Below are positions 36,072 to 47,140 of a stretch of 47,140 nt of DNA, piece after piece. Numbering within the stretch: position 1 is the stretch's first letter; each line of letters opens with the position of its first letter. The DNA is from Klebsormidium nitens. Taxonomy: Eukaryota; Plantae; Klebsormidiophyceae. The position numbers and the translations under genes are program-made. The stretch lies in contig DF237600.1 in the NCBI GenBank assembly GCA_000708835.1, forward strand, positions 1-47,140, read 5' to 3'. A model generated the notes under the pieces. That model saw nothing but the letters and a program-made list of their open reading frames with translations. It searched no databases and was not told the origin of the DNA.

Positions 36072-39000
36072 TCAGTCCCCGTCCTCTTTGTGCGGATGCG
36101 AGGTCGCCGCGATCCCCTCGGGCCCCCCCGCATCGTTTACACCTAGGCTCGACGAGGCCTCGTCGTCGTCCCCCTTGGTCTCGTCCGACGAGCCGGCCCG
36201 GATGAGGGGCGGCGTCCACTGGTCGGGGACCATGACGAAGTAGGTGGACATGGCCTTGCGGAAGCGCTTCTTGTACTGCTTGGGCGAGATGACGGTCGGC
36301 GCCGCGTTCTTGGACCCGCCCAGGATGCCGCTGGCCTTGACCCACGTCTCGAGGTGCTTGTCCCACGTGTACTGCCGGAAGAAGTCGATGATGCCCAGCA
36401 CCAGCTCGCACCGCTCCTCGTCCACGCCCACCAGCAGGCTGTAGTCCATCACGTACACGCTCTGCGCACCGCCAATCACCGCAACCCGTCAGAGTCGCAC
36501 ACAGCCAGACCTGGACACTTACCGCTTACCGCAAGAACAGAAACCGAAAGGGGCGCGCAGTGGCAGAGGGTAGAGTGACCAAAAGAAAAGGTGTGTGGAA
36601 TGCAACAACACAAAGGAACCAACCGAAAACTCTCCTTTTTGTGGTCCTTCCTGAAATCAGGGAGCAATCCTAAGCAGGCTTGTTTGCTGTCGCAGAATCT
36701 ACTTCAACCTTTTCCGGTCTGACTTCACATCACAAAAACCATGCCTAGTCCAGCGAGCTATAATCAAACGGATCACAACTCAGATACTCTCACGTCGTCA
36801 ATCTCATCTTTTCCTTTATGTACGTGTCTCAAGGCGGCAAAAACCTGCCGACAACGCCGTCGAAGCGCAATGACTACAAACGGTGGGTCTGGTCCGGAGC
36901 CCAAGCGCAGGCGAAGGAACACGCAGGCGGGCTGTGGGGCGTACCGCAAGGAACTGGGTGTCGTTCCAGACGGCGCGCTCGAGGAGGCGCTTGCCCTTGT
37001 TGCCGACGAAGATGGGGTCCGTGGGCATGGCCTCCAGCAGGTTCTCGTCCAGCAGCACGCTGTTGCGCCCGCTCGCGTCCGCGTTGTAGCGGCTGCGCGT
37101 GCTGCCCTTGAGGTCGTAGATGCGCGCGATGCGCCGCCCGTACAGCAGGTTCTCCATCACCACCACGTCCATGCGGCTCTCGCGCCCGCTCTTGGCGTGC
37201 TTCGCGTGCACCTGCGCAGCAACCACGACCGCGAATCAGCGAGTGGTCCGGAGGGGACTACCTCGTAACGTACGTTGTTTGTGCTCCCATGGCTTACATG
37301 TGGAAGTACCCAAGAAACAATTCCTCGCTACACTCCTCGCTTGACTTGCGAAACTTCAATCGTGTAACAAGCCAAAACAGATATCATGCTCAAGTGCCCA
37401 GCAATCAGCTGCCCCTAAAGTAAAGAGCTCACTCACTCCGTATTTAAATCCCTTACGGATAACTTCAACGCAGCAGCTGAACGAAAGTGAGCTAGAGCGG
37501 GCATGACGGCCTGACCTGGTAGATGCCGAGCGTCTTGGCGAGGCAGGTGGGGGCGCCGGTGGAGAGCGCGTCGGAGAGGTACTTGAAGTAGTCGGGGCCG
37601 AACTCGAGGAACGACAGCAGCTCCGTGCGCGTCACCTGCTTAATCACGAACCGGTCGTCGAGCGTCTTGGCAAAGAAGACGTTGCTCTTGCCGCCCGACG
37701 AGTGCCACTTGCGGCACCGGCAAAGCGAGCGCGCAAAGTCCAGGTCGCCCCCGCAACACTTCCTGCAACGAGCATAATGTCGGGGGTGAGCTTGTCTGGT
37801 GAGATGCTATGAAGGTCAGACACACAAAGACAGATCATATCCTTTGCTGAAAGCGCAACCTTGCATCGTTTCCAAGACACACTCGTTGATTACCTTCAGA
37901 ACCGCGGCCAATGGGGCCTGCCTGCTTTGACATAAGAGCAGGCTCGCCACACCCAGACCTTCCTCCATAGGATTGCCATTTTCATTTTTCCTAAAGAGCA
38001 ATTCTCCTCCACGCATGACCATCATTGCTGAAGGATCGGCTCACCTTCGCAGCGCCTCGAACTGGCGCGCGTAGTAGATGGTCACCGAGAACTTGACCTT
38101 CCCCTGCGGCGCGTCGTCCGTGAAGCTCGTCTTGATGTGCACAGGCTCCATCGACAGCAGCGGGTCTTCCACCTCGCCGCGGTCCGCCCCCTTCTCTCCG
38201 TCCTTGCCCACGCCCTTCTTGTCGCCTCCACCACCCGCCTCCTCGTTCCCCTCCCCCTGCTCCGCCCCGCCTTTTCCCCCCTCGCCGCTCTCGCGCGACA
38301 ACGACGTCTCCCGGCGGCTGCGCCCGTTGGCCGCCCCCCGCAGCTGCGCCTGGTAGTCCTCGCTGCACAGCGCATACGCAATAACGCTGCTCGGCTCGTC
38401 GTCGTATACGGCGACCACCACCTCGTCGTGCCCCACCGGCAGCATGATCCGCGCGCCCCCCTGCGCCGCCACCTGCGCCGCGTGCGACACCACGCTCGGC
38501 ATTGCGCCCCCTGCCGCTCCACCCGCAGCGTCGCGCGGGGGCGACGTCGGCGCGAGCGCGGCCTTGTACAGCGTCGAAAACGCCCACGCGCTGCGGTCCT
38601 CGTCGCGCGCCTCTTCGCCCCGCTTGCTGGGCGATGTGGGCGCGCTCGGTGCCGCAGATCCGGTGTCAGCGGAGTCCGACTCCGAGCGCTGGCTTGCCGT
38701 TGGGGCAGCCCCACTCTCACCCTGCTGCTCGGGCGCCTCTAGCGGGACCGCCACTCCTTCCGTGCCCTGCTTCTCAGCGAGGGCCGCAGCAACGGCGGGC
38801 ATGTCCCGGGGGGCTTCCCCCGTCCAGGCCGCGTCGAGCGTAGCCGACAGGTCCGCGAGGATCGGCAGGTGGCCCTCGGACAGCACGCGCCGCACCCCGA
38901 GCGCCCCCGACTGAACCGGGTCCGGGCTCTGCTGCGGGCCGCCCTCCAACTCCCCCGGCGCTGGCCAGCTCGCGGTCGGACCCGCCGAGTTGGTGCGGTA

Positions 39001-42000
39001 CACCCCAGCGTCCGCGGGACTGAAGTCGCCGCGCAACTCCCCCCCCCGACTTTCCTCGCCTGCCGGCTGCTCTACGCCAGCGTCGCCCCCCGCTTTCGTC
39101 CGTGCACCCACGCTTTCCGCAATCTGCTCGAGGCGCTCCACTTGGGCGCGGTCCCAGCTCTGTTTCGGCCGGCACGCCGTCGGGCTGGCCACGTTGTCGC
39201 TGCCTCCGTGCGCCTGCGCTATCGCGGCCGCCACTAAGTCCTCCTCCGCGCGCAGGTCCGCCAGCTCCTCGCCAGCTTTGCCCTCCCCGCTCAACGACTC
39301 CCCCGCCAAGAACCGCTCCACCACGGCCCCTGCCCGCGCAACTAGGTCTGCCACCTGCGTGCCGCTGGTCTCGTCAGCAGGGGCCGCGTTGGCTGCCAGG
39401 CTGTCCTGCCGGTCCTGCTCCACGATCCTGCCCTCCACCAGCGACTTGGCCTTTTCGTCGCTGAGCAGGGGCGCTGGCAGGGCGCCCAGGATGTTGGACC
39501 CCTGCACAAAGCTCTCCAGCACGTGCTCCCCGCCCGCCACCTGGCGCACATGCGAACTTCCAGCGCCGACACTATCCACTGAAGATGGAGCGTGCTCCAG
39601 TCCATCGGCTTTCTGGCTAGCCTTATCCTTCTCGCTGCTCGTTTCTTTCGTCGCCTCGGCACCTGTCACCTCACCTACTTTCGCGCTCTTCGCATCACTG
39701 CCTTCCTTGCTCGCGCTCGCTTGCGCGACGCCCTCACTCGCGGCATCCCCGTCTCCCTGCTTTTCCTCCCCCTGGCCGCCATCTGTTTTCTCCGTCCCCT
39801 CTGCCCCCTCTTTGCCCTCAATCTTCCCCTCTTTCTCCGCCTGATCTGCTGGGGGCGGCGACGGCCCCCTGGACGCGAGGAACAGTGCATGGTCATCCAG
39901 CGAGCTGGGCCCCTCGGCGCGGGTCGGCTTGCGCAGCTTCAGACTCGACGCCAGGTAATGCAGCCGACTGTCCCACTGGAACGACCCGATTGCCAGCTCC
40001 CGCCGCAAGCGGTTCAGCTCGAGCACGTCGGCGATGGGCTCCCCCGGGGCCTGCTCCACCCCGCCCGTGTGCTGCGGCATCTTCTTTGAAATCTCGAAGA
40101 GGTGCTCCTCGAACGCCGCCTTCTCTTTCACCAGCAGTGCCTCCAGCTCCACGATGCAGCGCCGCGCTTCGGGCGTCGTCGTGCGCCCCGCCTGCCCGCA
40201 CAGCCGCTCGCCGATCACGCGCAGCGTGTCCAGCACCTCCGCAAACACGAGCTCCGCCTAGGGGGCACACAAGAAAAGAGGGAGTCAGCACAGAGCACCG
40301 AAGACCATTGCGCAGTGAGCTCAAATCGTAACAACGAAATTAGATGTTTTAGCAACCAAAGCTGTCCACAGTCTCGAAGCATCAGTGCACCTGACAAGTT
40401 GGTAGAAACTCAAACGTGCTGTGTACTTTCTCTGCTGTCTTGCTCCTTGCACAATGTCCTTGTCTACATCCAAACGCAACCGTATTCCCTTGCATGACAA
40501 GCACGAAGAACGCGTGTGCGCACCTTGTCTGCCACGTCGTGCACCTCTTCGACGAGCCACTGCTGTTGGCTGGGGTTGTTGAACTCGAGGCGCGGGTCCG
40601 GCAGGTGCACCGCGTGCAGCAGAATGGGTGCATACCGGAAGCACGCAATCATGCCCTCGCACCCGTAGAAGCGCAGGCAGTCGCGGTGGATCGAGTGACC
40701 GCAGCTGGCAAGCCGGCTCGCCGCCACGTGGTTACTGAATGACAGCTCCAGAAATTTGCCGAATGAGAGACTCGACGCCGCATCCGACATCACCACGCGT
40801 TTGCTGCTGGGGGGCAGCCCATTCACGTCGCGCGGGCAGCGCAGGCAGCGGTGCCACATCCAGATGCGCGGCTCCCCGCTGGACGTGCCCGCGGGGAGGG
40901 TCTGCCCACGCTTCAGGCGCCGCACCGAGATAGTCAGGCTGCCCTGCCGGTGCGTGTAAGTGCGCACGTGCGCGTCGCTCGGCTCGTCGCAGCGCGGGCA
41001 GCGGTGCCGCTGCGAGACAGGTACAAGTGCGTCAGTCTTGGAGACAAACAAAATGGCGGGAAGGTGCCAGAGACAAGAACATGCAAAGTGCATTCCTTGT
41101 GACAACGGGGATGGATTCGATGGAGTACAAAATTGGAGAAGCAGCCAACCACTTTCCGTAAGGACAGCGGCAATGCATGCTGGGCTCACAACGTTGGCAG
41201 AACAATGTTCAAACAAGCTTCAAGAACAGCTCTGCTACGACGATTTCACCCAGGGGCCAAAGCAGCTTACGACCTGAGCCAGACTCTCACCGTGTTGAAG
41301 AGGCCGTTGCGCAGGAAGTGGCCGAGCGGCATGTCGGTGCTGCCGTAGTACTTGATGCGCACCAGGTGAGCGCGGTCGCAAACGGTGCCCTTGGACAAGC
41401 ACCGGCTGCTCAGCGACACCAAGATACTCTGGTGCTCGCTCGGGGACGGCGCCACTTTACTGAAGGACCCCAGAGGGGTCCCGCACGCATCTGACACCTG
41501 GTCCAACGCCAAGCCCCCATTGGCTAGACCTTTGCCAGGGCTGCCTACAGGGAGGGGCGTGACAGTGTGGGGTAGCGCTAGAAGTTGAGCTGCCCTTTGT
41601 TCCTCGGACTGGAGGGACAAGGCGGCGGGGCCGTTGAAAATAGCGCCCGGCAGCGCTTCTTTCAGCTCGCGGCTGGAGGAGGAGCGCAGCAGGGGGGTTG
41701 CTGTGGGTGCATCGGAGGAGGGGTGCAGTGGTTGAAACGAAAAGTCCTCCGACTTCGCCGAGTTCGCTGGCTCCAGCAGGGAGCCGCCATCAGATGGAGG
41801 GGTCACCAGTGCGCCCTGCTTTGGTTCGGTGGGTGCGGGGCTGAGGGACTGGGAGGGTACCGGCTTGGGGGACGAGGGAGCGGAGGATAGGCCCGACACT
41901 GACTGAGGTGCCGGGCTAGACACGACCTCAGGTCCTGCAGGCACCTCTGGGGGCCACTTGTGAGAAAGCGGGGTATCCGGGCTCTCCTCAGGAGGGAACG

Positions 42001-45000
42001 AGACGTTGGGCGACACTGACAGAATGGGCAAAGGCTGTCGGCGGGTCTGGCGCAGGCGCGCGGAGGGCCCGTCGCTGGTGAGGTGCGCCGCGGAGAGGGG
42101 GGAGTTCTGGCTGAAGCTGCCAGTGAGGTACTCCCCCCCGCTGGAGGCCGAGGGGCTGGGCTGGATGTACAGTGGGGCGGGGCGCGAAGAACGCAAGGAG
42201 GCGAGGAAAGCGGAGGTGCTGCTGGTAGGGAGCGTGGCGCCCTCGTCCGCCAGGAAGGAAGTCTCCAGCGACAAGTGGTACGCAGCGAAGGCAGCGAACT
42301 GGGTCACGCGCTTGACGCGCTTGAGCTCGTCGCCAGATGCGCCCTTGAGCAGGATCTGCCCAAAAGGGAACGAGCGAATCAGGGTGCCTGATACTCTCGA
42401 CTGTTCTGAAAGAAGGTCCATTGAAAAGACGCCCTCTCGAAGACTCCCCCGTGTCATTGAACATTCATTATTCCATTTAATACCTGGGCGCTCCCTGAGC
42501 GACTTCCACATAATACAAAGAATCTAGGAAACAAGGCGTCTTGAAGCAGATACATTTTGGGGAGAGATGCGTTCACCAGAATCTCTGGAGAGATGGGTTC
42601 ACAAATTCTCTTCTGAGCTTCCTGGTTATAGCCTGCCCAGAATTAGCAAAGCAAGCCTGAGCAGCTTGATATTACAGTACAGTTGTATCACAGCAGCCTG
42701 CCTGCATTCTGTCGCATAATGCACGCCGTGAGCTACTTACTGTGCAGCCCAGCGGCTTGAGGCAGCCCTCAAAGTACATGAGCGTCTTGGTGCCCTTGCG
42801 CCCCTCCTGCCCCGCGCTGCCGTGCTCCTCCACAAAGCGCTCCACATGGAACATCTCGCAATGCCCAATCTTGGGCGCCACCAGGGGGTCCCCTGGAGGC
42901 ATGATCTGGCCCCCCGTGCAGCGCGAGATGCGCTCCATCAGGCCAGGCTTGAGGTTCAGCACCTGGGGCGCAAAATACCCAAGTGCAAGTCAGCACCCGA
43001 GACTCTCTTGGAAAGACATCAGCGTGACCTCAGCGCGACCAGAGTGTGCTTACTATACTGAGCGACCACGTGGTATGGCCAGCAAGAAAACCTCAGCCCT
43101 TGCAGAATCTTACAGAACGCCGACAGCCCTGCTCATGAGTGGCAAGGTAGCAACTGGCACTCTAGGCACCTAAAGAGCAGTAATAGCATGTCAACAGCAG
43201 TTAGACAATCTAGTCTGGCCTTGCACCTGTCGCAACACACTTCCTTCAAGATCTGAAGCTTCTTCTAGTTCCCCCCAAGAGCATGCTCACCAGCGAGATC
43301 TGGCTCTGCAGGAGGCGCTCCTGCGCGTAGCCCGAGACGGCCTTCTCCACGAGCAGCACATCCGGCTTGTGCTGCTCGATGCGCGCCACGAGCACGTTCA
43401 GGTGCTCGCGCTCCTGCTGCAGCACCTGCTCCAGGCTGCTCAGCTGGCCCGCGCTGCGCTGGTACTCCAGCGCGCCCCCCAGAAGCAGCAGCCGCGGGTT
43501 GCGCTTCGGGTGGCTCATCCGCCGGTGCGCCACGTTCTTGCGGCACACCACCCCCTTCACGACGTCGCTGTCGCCCTTTGTCCCCGTCCCCACGCACTTC
43601 ACCTTGATGTACCCCCCCGGGTCCATTGTTCCGGTCTTCTTCTGATCCAACCGAATCATGCTCGCCGCACGCGATGCCAGAGCGGCCACAATGTCGAGCC
43701 AACCTTCGCTGTCGCCCCCCCCGCCAACGGGCAAACCTTCCGCGCTCAGTAGCTGCGCAACCAGCGCACGGAAATGGTCGTCACTGACGGAGCGCAGCAC
43801 CTTCTTGTGCATCTCGCTTGCAGTGCTCTTGCTTGACCGCGAGTTTCTTCGCAGCCGCCGCCGACGCCGTGCCCGTTCGCGCTCCTTCTCGTCCCAATCA
43901 TCGTCCTCGTCGTCCTCCCCTTCCCAGCCCCCCTCCTCGTTATCTTCTTCGTCCCCCCCCTCATGGTCCTCCTCTGGCGGCACTTCCTCCTCATCGGACT
44001 CGGGGGCTGGCGGCACCCAGAGCTGGCTGTTGTCACTGTCTTCCACAGCCAGGCTGCAAGTGAAACAAGAGCCATGCTTTCACTTCGAAAAACCCACTTC
44101 CAAGAGAAAGGGCATAAAGTGGCGCGCAAAGAATCCAAATTGAAAGAAGTATCAAGACAAGTTAGCACACCGACTTTTCCAAGCAAAAGGCCTGTTTTAA
44201 TCTGGGGGGGGAGCGGAAGTCTTCAATTGTCGGAGTCAGATTGAAGGATGTGTCATTGTAAGTGCCCCTCAACAGCGAGTGCCTGTTGCGTGCCGCATCG
44301 CCAGAGCACCAATGCCTCGGCCAAATGAAAAGACGTTCTTTGACTCAGTCAAAATACCTTCACTCGCTGCCCACCCCCAGAATGCATCTTTCACTCTCTC
44401 ACCTGCGTTGATCGGGCTTGGGCCGCTCAACCGTCTCCCCAGCATCCGCGTACAACGAGCCAAAGTCATGGTTCGTTGCATCATCGTGCAGTGCAAAGCT
44501 GTCCGCGTCCAGGCTGTCTTGGCGCATGTGACACCCCGGGTTCAGCGCCGCCTCCGCACTATCCTGCCGCGCATGCTTCAATCCACCCCCTTCCCCCGAC
44601 GCGCTCGGCGCAGTAGGGGGCCGTGGCGGCAGCTTACTAGAACCATGAGCGCCGTCCCCTGATCGATGGGGCTCCCCTTCCCCTGTCCCAATTGCAGATG
44701 CCCGGCTCGCGCTTTCCATGCCAGGGGGGCCCTTTTGGTCCTCAAGCACTGGCGCCCCCCCCCCCTCGCCCGCCATGCCCCTTTCTGTCACTTTCTCCAT
44801 GTCTGCCCCATGCCACCCGTAGCTGCCGGACCAGCCCCCGGGCCGAGCAATCCGTTCTGTGTCTGTCGTACTCTCATCGACGCTCTCATCTTCTGAGCCT
44901 AGCGAGGCATATTGCCGCTGGCGGATGCGCCGCGAGCGTGTGCGCTGCTTGGGGCTACTGCCGAGTCGCCTGGCGCGCGCCAGCTGCTTGTTGGTCTCAG

Positions 45001-46106
45001 CTTGCTCGTCATCATCGTCCTCTTCCTCACTCCTGGCAGGAAAGGGAGGAGCCAAGGGCTATAATGACACAACGAATCAGCAATGACTTTTGGTACAAAT
45101 CTCAAATGAGATACATAATAGCAATGGAATTGCCGAGTTTGATCTCGAAAGCCACGCATCCCATCTTCCTGGCACTGATAGTCTTGTCAACTCTCGTTGA
45201 CAAGACAAAGTGAAAGCCATCATGTCAGTGTCACCTCGGACCAAACAAACCACCCTAAGAACTGACAACATATCCAACCTGGGTGCTCCTACAGAACCAG
45301 CCAATTGCCAATTGATGGACCGGTGGGTGACCTGGCCACATGTCTTCCTTGGATCCTTCACAATTCACCACCATCACGTCAGGTGACCTAGCCTCATCAA
45401 GAGGGTATCCAGCCAAGAGGGTGTCCAGCCAACACTGACAGACAGCCACAGTGGTCCTGAAGTTGATCAAAAGCGCTTTGATCCTTCCGGCCACGTTAAA
45501 TAGCTCGGCACCGGCTCACCTGCTCCCATAATCCCCGGGGCTAACCGCCCTCTCCTTCCTTCTAGGCTCCCCATCCTCATGAGCCCCCCCATTTGGCAAC
45601 CGCCGCCTCCAGCTCCCCCCATCTGCAATGTCCACAGCATGTGACGAAGCCCCACCATCTCCCCCCCTCTGTCTTATCAGGCCATTGGCATGTTGAGGGC
45701 TGTGCCGCCCGTTGCTGTCAACCTCTGCTGCGTCCAGACTGCTCCTGCTCCCATCCCCCCTGCTCTGCTGCTTGCGCAGGTTGTAACAGAAGTTGCAGAC
45801 CCGCGTCTGGGACCCGCTCTCTCCGTCTGACTTGTAGTAGCTGGCCGCCTCGTCCCCAGATGGGCCCGGCCCAGCCACCGGCAGAGTGTGCTTGGTGCAC
45901 TTTGAACAAAAGCCGCGCCCACACAGGCCGCAGTACTGCCGCCTGTTGAACAACGTGAACAGGGCCTGGCACTCGTAGCAGCTCCCCTGGTCTGCCGCCC
46001 AGTGATGGTTGCCCGCGTCCGTCTCCTTCTTGGAGCCCGGCAGCCACGCGCGCCACCCCGCAAGCGCATCATTCAAATTGCTGCCGCTCTTGCTCCGCTC
46101 CTCCAT
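36072..46106 (-). CDS. FAB1: 1-phosphatidylinositol-3-phosphate 5-kinase FAB1 (FYVE, CCT-like, conserved Cys-rich region, PIPK domain), about 2289 aa
   Basis: Exons 46106-45520, 45032-44403, 44053-43291, 42962-42741, 42355-41291, 41009-40524, 40257-38045, 37762-37516, 37211-36945, 36461-36072; frame-consistent. Motifs: FYVE cysteines and RVCNFC, GVVCRKNVAHRRM..RNPRLLLLGGALEYQR, HRQGSLTISV/IWMWHRC, GGKSNVFF, YDLKGS, MDYSLL, GIIDFFRQYTWDK. Confidence 0.95.
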
Positions 46107-47024
46107 GCTGCCGCTGCTGACTGCCTACATGTCAGGCCAACGGGTCACACAGCTTACTAGGTCACAGGCACCAGAATCAACCAGGAAACCTGATCCCAAG
46201 CAAGACTTGCTCTGCTGCGCCCAGTATCATTTTGCACCCTCTTGTTGGCGTCATCCAAAGCAGCCTCTCTGCACAGCTACAATTCTGCAAGGTACTTCCC
46301 AATTGAGTCGCCATATGTGGACAATGGACCAAATCAAGGTATGCTTTGTCAAATTAGGTCAACAATAAACCTACAGAATGCCCCACAGAGTCTGCACCCG
46401 TCCCATTGTGCAGGCTCCCTTCCCCAAAGAGAGTGTGACGCCCTTTGCTGCAAAAGTCTGCACCCATATTGGGGAGACTACTTTCAAGCAGCTCCGATTT
46501 GTCCTCGTGCTGTAGCCTATCTCCAGGCGCCTTATCGACTCGACTATGGAAAAAGCATGCAAACGGACGCTTTTCACCGCAGTTGTCCAGGATACTTCAA
46601 ACCTGGGGATGTACACCTCAGCTCCATCTGTTTCAGTGTTTGTGCGCTGAAGCCCACTTGGGAAGAGACGCACTTTCAAATTCCATCCGGTTCTTGCAGG
46701 GGGCCTTTCATCAGTGATGAGTCATCATGGGCGCCACCTATGCAGCTCTTCTATGCAGTGCGCCACCTTCCGAGATGCTGCTGCAGCAGGCGGTCCAGGC
46801 CTCGGATCACAATTCACGGTTTCAACTTTCACCGTTTCACGGTTCACCTTGTCTACACTGATGCAAAGTTGAAACCCGCAAACCAAGCATCACCGTCCGG
46901 TCGCCACGCTGGGGGCGACCGACCAGCTAGCGCTGCGGCTTTGGATATCGCCGAGCATGGCACGGTACTGGTGCACAGTACATAGACGGTACATGTTTTT
47001 GTGTACATGTAGTAGTTATAGCTC

Positions 47025-47140
47025 GAGGGGGAGGGGATACGAGCGATATCCAGCTCCCGAGGCGAGATATCCCCCGAGGGCGGGAGCCCGAGGGGGATAG
47101 ACGCCGAGGAGCTGGATGTCGCTCGTATCCCCGACCCCGA
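47025..47140 (+). other. Long rod-like hairpin with tandem GA/GA internal loops and a GGGA tetraloop, truncated by the window end
   Basis: Stems 47027-30/47135-38, 47033-57/47108-32 (25 bp, one G-T), 47061-64/47102-05, 47068-75/47092-99, 47078-81/47086-89; loop 47082-85. Confidence 0.85.

Noticed and set aside
22744-46106. CDS plus FAB1 as a phosphoinositide gene cluster
   Set aside because: They are separated by two unrelated genes and about 9.4 kb, and the intermediate enzymes (PI synthase, VPS34) are absent.
1613-46985. Many long antisense or off-frame ORFs in the supplied track (e.g. 1613-2473, 15780-16910, 38990-39844, 46242-46985)
   Set aside because: Most are shadows of GC-rich exons or run-ons into introns; 46242-46985 lies upstream of FAB1 with no motif. 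None has a recognisable domain.

Overview
Eukaryotic chromosome-end window, most consistent with a Klebsormidium-like streptophyte alga. This is inferred from TTTTAGGG-type telomere units at base 1, land-plant-type genes including the plastid NDH subunit PnsB1, a flagellum-associated LRR gene, GC-rich exons and short GT-AG introns. After about 1.7 kb of subtelomere (a 3x43-bp repeat and a degenerate foldback) I could splice seven apparently intact genes by hand: PHGDH (-), PFK (+), a PPR gene (-, 5' end uncertain), CDS (+), PnsB1 (+), an LRRC46-like gene (-, first exon tentative) and FAB1 (-). There is also a BTB/BACK gene with two clear +1 frameshifts and a candidate frameshifted small gene. 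Two Tc1/mariner(pogo)-type MITEs sit inside divergent promoters. The most unusual signals are a strand-asymmetric rod hairpin with five tandem GA/GA loops at the window end, a FAB1 FYVE domain lacking the HHCR PI3P-binding motif, and a MITE-centred divergent pair of frameshifted genes whose BTB member has a tail anchor. Family assignments rest on recalled motifs; no database search was run.
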